Source of the DNA: an uncultured Phycisphaerales bacterium
GTDB lineage: Bacteria; Planctomycetota; Phycisphaerae; Tepidisphaerales; Tepidisphaeraceae
Assembly: GCA_963758525.1 (NCBI GenBank)
Contig: CAVWVQ010000003.1
Span: 4,977,156 to 5,041,155, forward strand
Direction: 5' to 3'
DNA: 64,000 nt
The notes under the pieces were generated by a model, which made no database searches, had not been told where the DNA came from, and was given only the letters and a program-made list of their open reading frames with translations. A program made the translations under genes and the position numbers. Below, in pieces: positions 1 to 11,105 of the stretch (positions are counted from its first letter, which is position 1; each line of letters starts with the position of its first letter).

Positions 1-2244
1 CGGTTCAACGTTTGTGAGCAACACGTCCGGGGGGGATCAGCTTGGGGGGAACGGGGGTGGCGTTGAAAACGACGGCACGATGACCGTCCTCAACTCAACG
101 TTCAACCAGAACACTGCCGGAGGGGATGGCGGCGGGATCGGGAATAGTTCCGCTCTCACCGTCACGTATTCCACCATTTCAGGAAACACATCCGACACAA
201 CCGGCGGGGGGCTCAGCACAACCGGTACGTGTACGCTCCTATCCAGCGTAGTCGCCGGCAATTCCTGCACGGATGGCGGCGCCGTGGATCTCGTGGGCAC
301 CTTCCAGGCCACCAGCAGCCACAACGTCATCGGCGACGGGTCGGCTGAGATCGGAATCAGCGACGCAAGCAATGGAAATCAAGTCGGAAGCGGCGCCTTC
401 GATCTTCCATCGGCTGACTATGCCGATGCGCTGGCCTACAACGGCGGCCCCACTGAAACGATGGTCCCCACCTCTCGCAGCATCAACCAGGGAGGAAGCG
501 TCACGTATATCAGTGGTCCGATCAGCGGCACGCAAACCACCATTCCTGTCGGTTTCGCGTCTGCGATCGCCAGCACGGCGGGGAACTACGTGATCCTGGT
601 GGGCAGCGAGCAAATGCTGGTGACGGGCGTTGATCTTCCCGACAACACTCTCACCGTCGTCCGCGGATACGACGGCACCGCGGCGGCGTCCGAGAATTTC
701 GGAACCGCCGTCTACGTGGCGACAGATCAGACCGGGCAACTCCGCGACAGCGCTCCGGACGTCGGGTCATTTGAGTATCAGGAGCTGTTCAGCAGCGTGA
801 CGCCGCTGCCGGCAACGGAAACCTCGACAAGCTTTCCCGTGAGCTGGTCGGGGCATCCCGCCAGCGACGACGCCCCGATCGCCTACTACACGATCTATGA
901 TTCAGACAATGGCGGCGCCTACACGGTCTGGCTGGCGAAGACTACCGCCACCTCGGCAATCTTCACCGGCATCACCGGACACACCTACAGCTTCTACAGC
1001 CTGGCCACCGCATACCCCGATCTCTATTCCCTCGGCGAACCACAACCCGTGGCGGGCCCCCCGGCAACAACCACAATCGTGGCGCCGGCGGCGCCGAAGT
1101 TTACCAGCTCCAGCCAGAAGACTTTCACGGCGGGAGTTCCCGGCTCCTTCACGGCGGCCGCCAGCGGGTCGCCCGCTCCCTCTTTCAGCGAGGCAGGCGC
1201 GCTGCCCAACGGCGTGGCATTCAATTCCGCCACCGGCCTTTTCAGTGGAACGCCGGCGTCCGGAACCGTGGGGACGTACGCGCTGAACCTTTACGCGTTC
1301 AACGGGGTCGGGTACGCCGCAACTCAGTCGTTCAAGCTCATCGTGGCGCAGGCCGGGACTACGACGAAGCTGACGAAGAATACCACCAGCGCTGTCAAAT
1401 ACGGACAGAGCGTGACGTTTACCATCACCGTAAGTGCCGCCGCCGCCAATGCCCTCACTCCCGGCGGCAGCGGCAATGTCGTGCTGGAAGGTAATTCCAC
1501 GCCGTTCGGCACCGCCACGCTCAGCAACGGCGTTGCCACCTTCACTACCCGCAACTTGGCGTTGGGCGCCAACTCGATCAGTGCCTTCTACGACGGCGAC
1601 GCGAACTTCGCCGCGAGCGCTTCGGGCTCGCTGACCCAGACGGTCACTCAATCCGCAACGACCGCGACGCTGACCAAGAACACCACCGGCGCAACCAGGT
1701 TTGGACAGAGCGTAACCTTCACGGCCAAGCTCGCCGCTGTCAGCCCCGGCGCAGCGCCCCAACCGGCATCGTGACCTTCAAGCACGGTTCGACCACCCTC
1801 GGCACCGGCACGCTCAGCAGCGGCGTCGCCACGTTCACGACCACCTCGCTTCCCGTGGGCAGCAATTCGATCACTGCCGTGTACGGCGGCGACACGGATT
1901 TCACTGGCAGCACGTCGGGCGCATTGACTCAGACCGTCAGTCAGTCCGCAACCACTACCAAGCTGACGAAGAATACGACCACCTCCATTCACTCCGGCCA
2001 GAGCGTGACCTTCACCGCCACCCTGGCGGCAGTGAGTCCCGGCGCGGGGACACCTACGGGAATCGTCACCTTCTATGACAACACCAGCACCATGCTCGGC
2101 ACCGGCACGCTCACCGGCGGGATCGCTACGTTCACCACGACAACGCTGCCTGTCGGCAGCAATTCGATTACTGCTGTCTACGGAGGCACTGCGGACTTCG
2201 CAACCAGCACGTCGGGTGCGGTGAGCCAGACGGTGACCTCGTGA
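1..2244 (+). CDS. Large secreted surface protein, paralogue A (5' end outside the window): beta-helix, choice-of-anchor-Q-like region with insert, FN3-like, putative Ig, three Ig-like repeats; one frameshift
   Basis: ORFs 14..1774 and 1771..2244 join into one protein across a frameshift near 1750-1770. Contains GGGIxN repeats, YNGGPTETM, DQTG..R..PDVGSFE and Ig repeats (GQSVTFTA...GSNSITAVYGGD). Ends SQTVTS*. Confidence 0.85.
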
Positions 2245-2570
2245 GGCAAGAGCCGCCGGCCCGCATCCGGCGACAAGTCGCTTGGCTCCGCGCTGTCGCG
2301 ACGCTTTGAGCGCCTCGGCGAAATGAGCGGTCATACACCGGGGCGCGTTGCGTCGAGCCCCGCGGGAGTCGGACAATCGTTGCTGTTCGGGGACGCTGGG
2401 AGTCGCGTCAGCGCGGAACCGAGCGACTTGTCGCCGGGCGGGTCGCGAACGATTCCGAACCTCTGCCGCGGGGCGGCGTATGGGCATGTGACAGCCACGG
2501 GCATAAACTCGTTCCTTGGGGACGAGTGAACGGCGGGTCGGCACATCCTTCGGGAAGGAAGCAGCACATC

Positions 2571-5500
2571 ATGTTCTTCACGAAACATCGGAACCGGTCA
2601 AAGTCGTTGCGCGCGCATCGTGGGATATTTCCCGACTTCGGAATCGAATCCCTGGAGCCACGGCGGCTGTTTTCATCACTGGTCGTGACGACCGTCGACG
2701 ACTCCACGTCGCACCCGGGCTTTGTTTCGCTGCGCGACGCCATCACCACCGCCAACACCGACGCCCGTGCTGGGACCTCGGATACGATCTCATTCGCAGC
2801 CAGCCTCAACGGGCAGACGATAATGCTGCAACAAGGGCAACTGGAACTCGGGCAAGGGGGCGCGGGCAGGGGGGTGATTACGATCAATGGCGCAAATCAG
2901 ATCACTGTCAGCGGCAACGGCGTCAGCGGCATTTTCCGGGTTGACCCGAGCGTCTCCGTCATCGTCAACGCATTGACCATCACGGACGGCAATAGCCCAT
3001 CCATTCCCGGCGGCGCGATTTACAACGATTTCCACGGCAGCCTGACTCTCGAGGACTGCACCGTCTCGGGGAACTCAGCGCCGACCGCGGTTGGCGGCGC
3101 TATCTTCAACGATGGGACGATGAGCGTTTCCAACTCCGCGTTCTCGGGAAATGCGTCGGGTGACTCAGGCGGCTGCATCTATAACTCCAACACGATGACT
3201 GTCACAAACTGCACATTTTTGCAGGATAGCGCGGGACGGCGCATACGGTCGATGACTCGGGCGGCGCCTTGTATAACTCCGAGGCGATGACCGTCACGAA
3301 TTGCACGTTTTCCGATGAGACCGCGAGCGGTGATGGCGGCGCCATCGAGAACGCCGGCGCAGGAAACATGACGGTCGCCAATTCCACATTCTCAGAAAAT
3401 ACGGCGGGCAACACCGGCGGCGGGGTCAAAAACGAAAACACCATGACGGTCACCGGCTCGACGTTCACGGGAAATACAGCGTATTCGGATGCCAACGGCA
3501 ACGGCGGCGGCGGCATCTGCAACAATTTCACCATGAGCATCAGCAACACCACGTTCACGGGAAATTCCGCGCCCGAATCGGCCGGCTATGGCGGCGCCAT
3601 CGCGAGTTTCGGCCCCTCCACCATCGTCAGCTCTACGATCTCGGAAAACTCGGCAGGTGACCAGGGCGGCGGCGGTATCGGCGGCAATGTGAACCTGCTG
3701 AACTGCATTGTCGCAGGCAACACCGTCGCGGCCGGAGCGGAAGGACCGGACATTGAGGGAATCGTGACTAGCGGCAGTACGTACAACCTGGTCGGCGACG
3801 GCACCTCCATGACCGGCATCAGCAACGGCAGCAACGGCAATCTCGTTGGCACTGGCGCCAACCCCCTCGTCCCGGAACTTTTGCCGCTCGACTACAACGG
3901 AGGTCCGACCGAGACGATGGCGTTGATGCCCAACAGCCCCGCGCGACACGCCGGCGGACGCGTGACGAGCTTGACCGCCGCTGTGACCGCAACAGCCACC
4001 AACATCCCCGTGGGACTGCCAGCGGCCATCGCCAGCACCCCGGGCAGTTATGTCATCCGAGTCGAGAGCGAACAGATGCTCGTCACCGATATGAGCGGAA
4101 ACAATTTGATCGTGACACGCGGCTACAACGGCACAACCGCCGCGGCCCACAGCATCGGCGCAAAAGTCTACCTAGCCACCGACCAGACCGGCGCGGCCCG
4201 CGGCAGCCCGTCCGACATCGGGGCATACGAGTTTCAAACCGTGTCGAGCAGTGTCAGTCCGCTTCCGGCGGCCGAACCCGGCTCCAGCTTTATCGTCTCC
4301 TGGACCGGCACCCCCGGAACCGAGGATTACGGCGTCGCCAACTACTCCATCTACGACTCCGACAACGACGGGCAATACGTGCTCTGGAAGCATGCGACGA
4401 CCGCAACATCCGGAACCTTCACCGGCATCAACGGCCACACCTACCGCTTTTACAGCGTCGCGACAGACATCGGCGGAAATGTGCAGCCCACGCCGACTGC
4501 TCCTCAGGCGATGACGACCGTCGATGTGCTCACGCCATCGGCGATCATCAGCACCAACACGGATTTCATGTACGTCGGCGCTTCCAGCACGTTCACCGTT
4601 CTCGCTTCCGGTTACCCGGCGCCGACGTTCACCGAAACGGGGACACTCCCCGCCGGGCTGAGCTTCGATGCCGCCAGCGGCATTTTGAGCGGCACCCCGG
4701 CGCGGGGAGCGTGGCAAGCTATGCTCTGACATTCGGCGCCTCGAATGGAATTGGAACGGCGGCGACCCAGGCGTTCACGCTGACGATTGCCAAGGCCCAA
4801 ACCACCACGAAGCTGGTCAAGAACACCACCAGCGCCGTCAAGTATGGGCAGAGCGTGGCGTTCACCGCCACGGTCTCTTCCAGCGGCGCCAACTCGCTCA
4901 ACCCATCCGGCACGGTCAAATTCATGGACGGCGCCACAATCCTGGGGACTTCCGCGCTCAGCGGGGGCGTCGCGGTATTCACCAGCAATGCCTTGAGCAC
5001 GGGAAGCAACTCCGTCACGGCGGTGTACGGCGCCGATGCCAATTTCGCCGCCAGCACGTCGGCCGCGCTGACCCAAACGGTGAACCAGTCCGGGACCACG
5101 ACCACGTTGACCAAGAGCCCCACGGCAGCAATCAAGTTCGGGCAAAGCGTCAGCTTCACGGCGACCGTGGCCGCGGTAGGCCCCGGCGCGGGAACCCCCA
5201 CGGGTATCGCACTCTTCGAGGATGGCTCAACGGTCATCGGCACCGGGACACTCAGCGGCGGCATTGCCACCTTCACCACTGCCTCTTTTGCCGTGGGCAG
5301 CCATTCGATCAAGGCGGTGTACGGCGGGGACTCCAACTTCACCACCAGTACGTCCGCATCGATCGGTCAGACGGTGGCCCAGGCGTCGACGACCACGAAG
5401 CTGACGAAGAACACGAGTACTTCCATTCACTCCGGCCAGAGCGTGACGTTCACCGCCACGCTGGCCGCCGTGAGTCCCGGCGCGGGCACGCCAACTGGCA

Positions 5501-5679
5501 TCGTCACCTTCTATGACAGCGGCAGCTTGCTCGGCACTGGCACGCTCAGCGGCGGGATCGCAACGTTCACCACCACGACGCTGCCCGTCGGCAGCAACTC
5601 GATTACGGCTGTCTACGGAGGCGATACGGACTTCAGCATCAGCACGTCGGGTGCGGTGAGCCAGACGGTGACGTCCTGA
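2571..5679 (+). CDS. Large secreted surface protein, paralogue B; two frameshifts
   Basis: ATG 2571 follows GGAAGGA. Basic N-terminus, ESLEPRRLFS leader and SLRDAI motif. ORFs 2526..3290, 3269..4729 and 4711..5679 are consecutive parts of one architecture. Ends SQTVTS*. Confidence 0.85.
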
Positions 5680-5729
5680 TCGGATCCAATCCGCGTCCAC
5701 GGCCCTCTTGGGAAAGGAAACACCGCATC

Positions 5730-8577
5730 ATGTTCTTCAAAAACCGTCGCCATGCCTTCAAGTCCCGCGCGGCAAGCTTTCTCGCCACGTGCAGAATCGA
5801 AATCGAGGCGCTGGAGGGCCGGCGCCTGTTTACCGCGCTTGTCGTGACCACCGTCGACGACTCAGTGAACCACACCGGCGAATCGCTGCGCGATGCCATC
5901 GTTCGCGCCAACTCTGACCTCTCCACCAGCGTGTCTGACACCATTACGTTTCTCTCCAGCCTCAATGGTGACACGATAGCGCTTTCCCAGGGTCAGCTCG
6001 AGATTGGCGCGGGCGACCCCGGTTCCGGCGCGATTACCATCAACGGCGGGAATCAAATCACCGTCAGTGGCGCGAACAAGAGCCGCGTCTTCGAGGTGGA
6101 CTCCGGCGCCCAGACGGTGCTGACCGGTCTGACAATCTCCGATGGCTCCTCGACGACAGACACTGAAAATGGAGGAGGAATTGAAAACGACGGCGTGATG
6201 ACCGTTAACGATTGCACGCTCTCCAATCTCCTCGCTGCTCTTGCCGGCGGCGGAATTTACAATAATGGGGCAATGCTGGTGATGAACTCAACAATCACCG
6301 GAAATTCCGCCTCGTTCGCCGGGGGTGGAATCTTTAACGCCGGTCTTGGGACAATCACCGGCTCCACCGTCTCTGGCAACAGCAGTGAAAAGGGTGGCGG
6401 CATTTACAACGGAGAGACCCTCACGGTCAGCAATTCCACGCTGTTCGGAAACTTTGCCACGCAAGGCATCGGCGGCGGGATCTTCAATTTCTCATTGCTG
6501 ACGGTCAGCCACTCAACCCTTTCCGGCAACTCCGCCACGTTGGGAGGTGGCGGCATCGGCAACTCCGCTTCCAACCAAACGTTGGTGATCACAACTTTGG
6601 AGGACTCGATCGTTGCCGGGAACACGACAACAACGGAAACTGACGGACCGGATCTTCAGGGCAATTTTCCGCCCAGTACCTACAACCTGATCGGCGACGG
6701 CACGAACCAGAGCGGGTTGAGCAACGGCAACGGCGGGAATCTCGTAGGCACCAGCGCCAATCCGATCCCGGCAGGGCTGCTGCCGCTGGATTTCAATGGC
6801 GGACCGACTCAGACCATGGCCCTGACGGCCAACAGCCTGGCGCGGAACGCGGGCGGGCGCGTCACGAGCCTTACGGCGGCGGCCAGTTCATCCGCTGCCA
6901 CCATCTCCGTCGGCTTGGCTTCAGCTATCTCCAGCGTGGGCAGCGGCGTGATACAGATTGACGGTGAGCAGATGCTTGTCACGAATGTTGACTCAAATTC
7001 CCTGACCGTCACGCGGGGTTACAACGGCACGACAAAGGTCGCCCACAGCCTCGGCGCCAAAGTCTACCTGGCCACCGACCAGACCGGCGCAGTGCGCGTC
7101 CTTCCGCCGGACATCGGTGCATACGAGTATCAGACGGTCGCCAGTACCGTGAAAGCGCTCCCCTCCACTGAATCGAGCGCCAGCTTCACCGTTTCCTGGT
7201 CGGGCACTCCAGGGACTGAGGGCTACAGCATCTCCACCTATACCGTTTACGTCTCTGACAATGGCGCGACATTCGTGCCGTTCGAGCACCAGACGACTGA
7301 TACATCCGACACGTTCACGGGTGTGAACGGCCACACCTATCGCTTCTACAGCGTCGCCACCGACGCTGCCGGGAATGTGCAGCCCACGCCTGCGCCCCAG
7401 GCCAAGACCACGGTGCAAATCCCGATTGCGCCGACCATCACCAGCGCCGCCGCCGCGACCTTCGCCGTCGGTACGGCAGGATCGTTTACCGTCATGGCAA
7501 CCGGAACTCCCGTAGCGACATTCAGCGAAACGGGGACACTGCCAACCGGCGTGACCTTTAACGCCGCGACCGGCGTCCTGGGCGGCACTCCCTCCGCCGG
7601 GAAGGTCGGGACGTACACCGTGACTTTTGGAGCGTCCAACGGAGTAGGCACTCCCGCCAGCCAGTCATTCACGTTGACTGTAGCGAAGGCGGCGACGACC
7701 ACCGCGCTGACCAAGAGCACGACCACGACCATCAAGTTCGGGCAAAGTGTCACGTTTACCGCGGCTGTGACCGCGGCAAGCGCGAACACAATTACCCCGA
7801 CCGGCACTGTCACCTTCGAGGACGGGACCAACGTGCTGGGAACCGCCGCGCTCAGCGCCGGAATCGCCAAGTTCACCACCACGACGCTGCCTGCGGGCAG
7901 CCATTCGATCAAGGCAGTCTATGGCACGGACAGCAACTTCTCCGCCAGCACATCGAGTTCGATGAGCCAGACGGTGAGCCAGTCATCGACCACGACCACA
8001 CTTAACCAAGACCCCGACGACGGCGATCGTGTTCGGCCAAAGCGTGACGTTCAACGCATCCCTGGCGGCGGTGGCCCCCGGCGCCGGGACACCTACCGGA
8101 AGCGTGATCTTCGAGGATGGGACGGCCGTGCTCGGAACCAGCACGCTCAGTGGCGGAATTGCGACGCTTACCACCACCGCGCTGAGCGTGGGAAGCCATT
8201 CCATCAAAGCCGTCTACGGCGGAGATTCCAACTTCACGACCAGCGTTTCGAGCACTCTCAGTCAGACGGTGAATAAGTCGGCGACAACCACCAAGCTGAC
8301 CAAGAACACGACCGGTTCCATCACGTCAGGCCAAAGCGTGACATTCACGGCAACGCTGCTGGCCGTGAGCCCCGGCGCGGGAGTGCCTGCGGGAATCGTG
8401 ACGTTCTATGACAATGGCAGCACCATGCTCGGTACCGGCACGCTCACCGGCGGGATCGCCACGTTTTCCACGACGGCGCTGCCAGTCGGGAGCAATTCGA
8501 TTACGGCTGTCTACGGAGGCGACACAGACTTCAGTACCAGCACTTCGGGTGCGGTGAGTCAGACGGTCACATCATAA
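5730..8577 (+). CDS. Large secreted surface protein, paralogue C; one frameshift
   Basis: MFFKNRR...EALEGRRLF leader and the same domain order as B. Frameshift near 8000 into ORF 8029..8577. Ends SQTVTS*. Confidence 0.87.
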
Positions 8578-8649
8578 GCGGAGAGCCTACGTGTATTGGG
8601 CGCAGCGGGACAAGGGATCGGAAGTCGCTATTTTGCGGGCGGTGAAGGC

Positions 8650-10888
8650 ATGATCGACGCCGAGCTCGCCAGCGGACTAAAGCTGCAACGGGCCGGCCGC
8701 TTTGCGGACGCGGCACGCTGCTATCACTCCTTTCTGCAGAGGCATCCGCGGGATGCCGATGCGCTGCACCTGTTTGGCGTCCTGCACCATCAGAACGGAT
8801 ATTTCGACAGGGCTCTCGAGTTGATCGGCCAGGCGATCAACATCCGTCCCGGTGCCTCCGCGTTCCACGCCAATCTGGCCGAGGCTTATCGTGCGCTGGG
8901 ACGGTATTCGGAGGCGATCGAATGCTGCCGGGAAGCGCTGAGGCTGCAGCCCGATTATCCCGAAGCCGCCAATAACCTTGGACTGTCGCTGCATGATTCG
9001 GGCCGGTTTGCGGACGCTGTGGAGCAATTTAAGTCCGCGCTGCAAATGCGACCCTCCTACGCGCTGGCTCAGAATAATCTGGGCACGTCGTTGCGCGAGT
9101 TGGGTCAGATCGGGCTGGCACTCAAGGCCTATCGGGCCGCCGTTGAGCTTGATCCGGAACTTGCCCTCGCGCGGAGCAATCTCGGCCAGCTGCTCGTGGA
9201 TGAGGGTCAAGCCGAAGAAGGTCTGACGCACTGCCAGGAATCGGTTCGACTGCAGCCGGGCGTGCCCGCCGCGCTGAACAATCTTGGCAACGCCTATCGC
9301 GCTCTGGAGCGATGGAGCGATGCGCAGGGCGCCTACGGTCAGGCGCTGGATTTGGCCCGGCGGGATCCCGCGCGATCCGCCGATGTCCCGCGCATCCTCG
9401 CCAACCGCGCATTGGCGTTGTTTCTGGAAGGCCGGCGCGCGAACGCTTTCCAGTTGTTCCGTCAGGCCATCGACCTGACTCCCAACGACGCGGCATTGTG
9501 GCGCTATCCGGGCGCCGCTCACGATGCCAACGAAGACCACGCCGCGGCGCTTTCCGCGCGGGAGAAGATGGTCGAACTGACTCCGAACGATGCCAGTGCA
9601 CAAAATGCGCTGGGCTGGTCTCTCCAACAGGAAGGGCGGTTGGCCGACGCCGCCAAGTGCTATCACCGCGCGATTGAACTTCTACCATATCATTCCGACG
9701 CGCTGCTGAACCTCGGCGGTCTGTCGGAGGAAATAGGGGATCTTCCCGAAGCGCAGGCGTACTATCGGCGCTCCAGGGCGCTCTATCCGAATGCGCCGCA
9801 TCCGCTCGCGCGGCTTGCTCAGCTGCTTCGCGGTAAACTTCCCGCGGATGACAAGCAGGCGATTGCGGATTACTTGCGACCGGGTAGTGACGGTGATGCT
9901 CGGACACTGCCGCCCTATTCACCCGCGCGGCCCATTGCTCTACGGGCTGGCCCAAGTCCTCGATGCGCAGGGCGAGTATGCCGGCGCCGCCGACTGCCTG
10001 GCGCAAGCCAACGCGATGGCGCAGGATCAACGGCGCCTGGCGGGCAGGAAATACAATCCGGCGTCCTACTCGGAACTGGTCGACAGGATAATTGCCGGCT
10101 TCACGCCAGCGCTTTTCGAGCGCCTCCGCGGCGCCGGCGACGAGACGCATCTTCCGGTGTTTATTTTCGGCATGCCGCGCTCGGGAACGACGTTGGTTGA
10201 GCAGGTGCTTGCCAGCCACTCCAAGGTCTACGGCGCCGGCGAACTTCGCGTGGCGCGCGATGTCTTCGAATCAGTTCCGTCGGTGATGGGTCGTTCTGAC
10301 GAGATGCTCCCCTGCCTGGCAGATCTGGATGCAACGATGGTGAGCAAACTGTCCCAGCGTCATCTGGATGCCCTCCAGGCCATATTGAAAAGTTCGTCGA
10401 TCGATGAACAGCCGCTGCGCATTGTGGACAAGATGCCGGACAACTATTTGTACGTCGGGTTCCTGCGCATCCTGTTTCCGCGAGCCGTGTTCATTCACGT
10501 GCGCCGCGACCTGCGTGATGTGGCCGTTTCCTGTTGGATGACCAGTTTTCGCAATATTCGATGGGCGGACGATCCAGAGAATTTGGGGATGCGGTGCAGA
10601 GACTACCGGCGTCTGATGCGCCACTGGGAAAATGCCTTGCCGGCGCGGATGCACGAAGTGGTCTATGAACGGCTTGTGGACGATTTCGAAACCGAAGCCC
10701 CCCGTCTGCTGGCCGCCTGCGGCCTGGACTGGGAACCCGCCTGCGGAAAGTTCCATGAGACGTCCCGTCCAGTGCGCACGGCCAGCGTGATTCAGGTCCG
10801 CCAACCGCTCTACCGCAAGGCGGTGCAACGCTGGAAGCACTATGAACAGCCGCTGGCGGAGCTGTTCGCCCGGTTGCCTCTAGACTAA
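8650..10888 (+). CDS. TPR-repeat PAPS-dependent sulfotransferase (Sulfotransfer_3-like); one frameshift
   Basis: Many TPR motifs (P..AEAANNLG..L) in 8596..10200. C-terminal part in 9791..10888 has the 5'-PSB loop IFGMPRSGTTLVEQVL, plus DKMPDNY, IHVRRDLRDVAVSC and VRTASVIQVRQPLY. Likely start ATG 8650. Confidence 0.9.
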
Positions 10889-11105
10889 ATGGGCGATTCC
10901 TTGCCGGCGCGGTAAGCGCGAAAATAGGCAAAGCATTTAGTGCCTTTTATCCCTACTTCCACCGGCAGGAGGCTGAAACACGGGGTCTTATCGTCCTGGC
11001 CAGGAAGCCCGGGAGAAGTGACGCACGTCTCGCTCTTTTCGCTTGCAGTTTGTTGCGAAGCCCGTATTCTGCCATCGCTCCAGCACACTTCCGGAAGGGA
11101 ATTAA

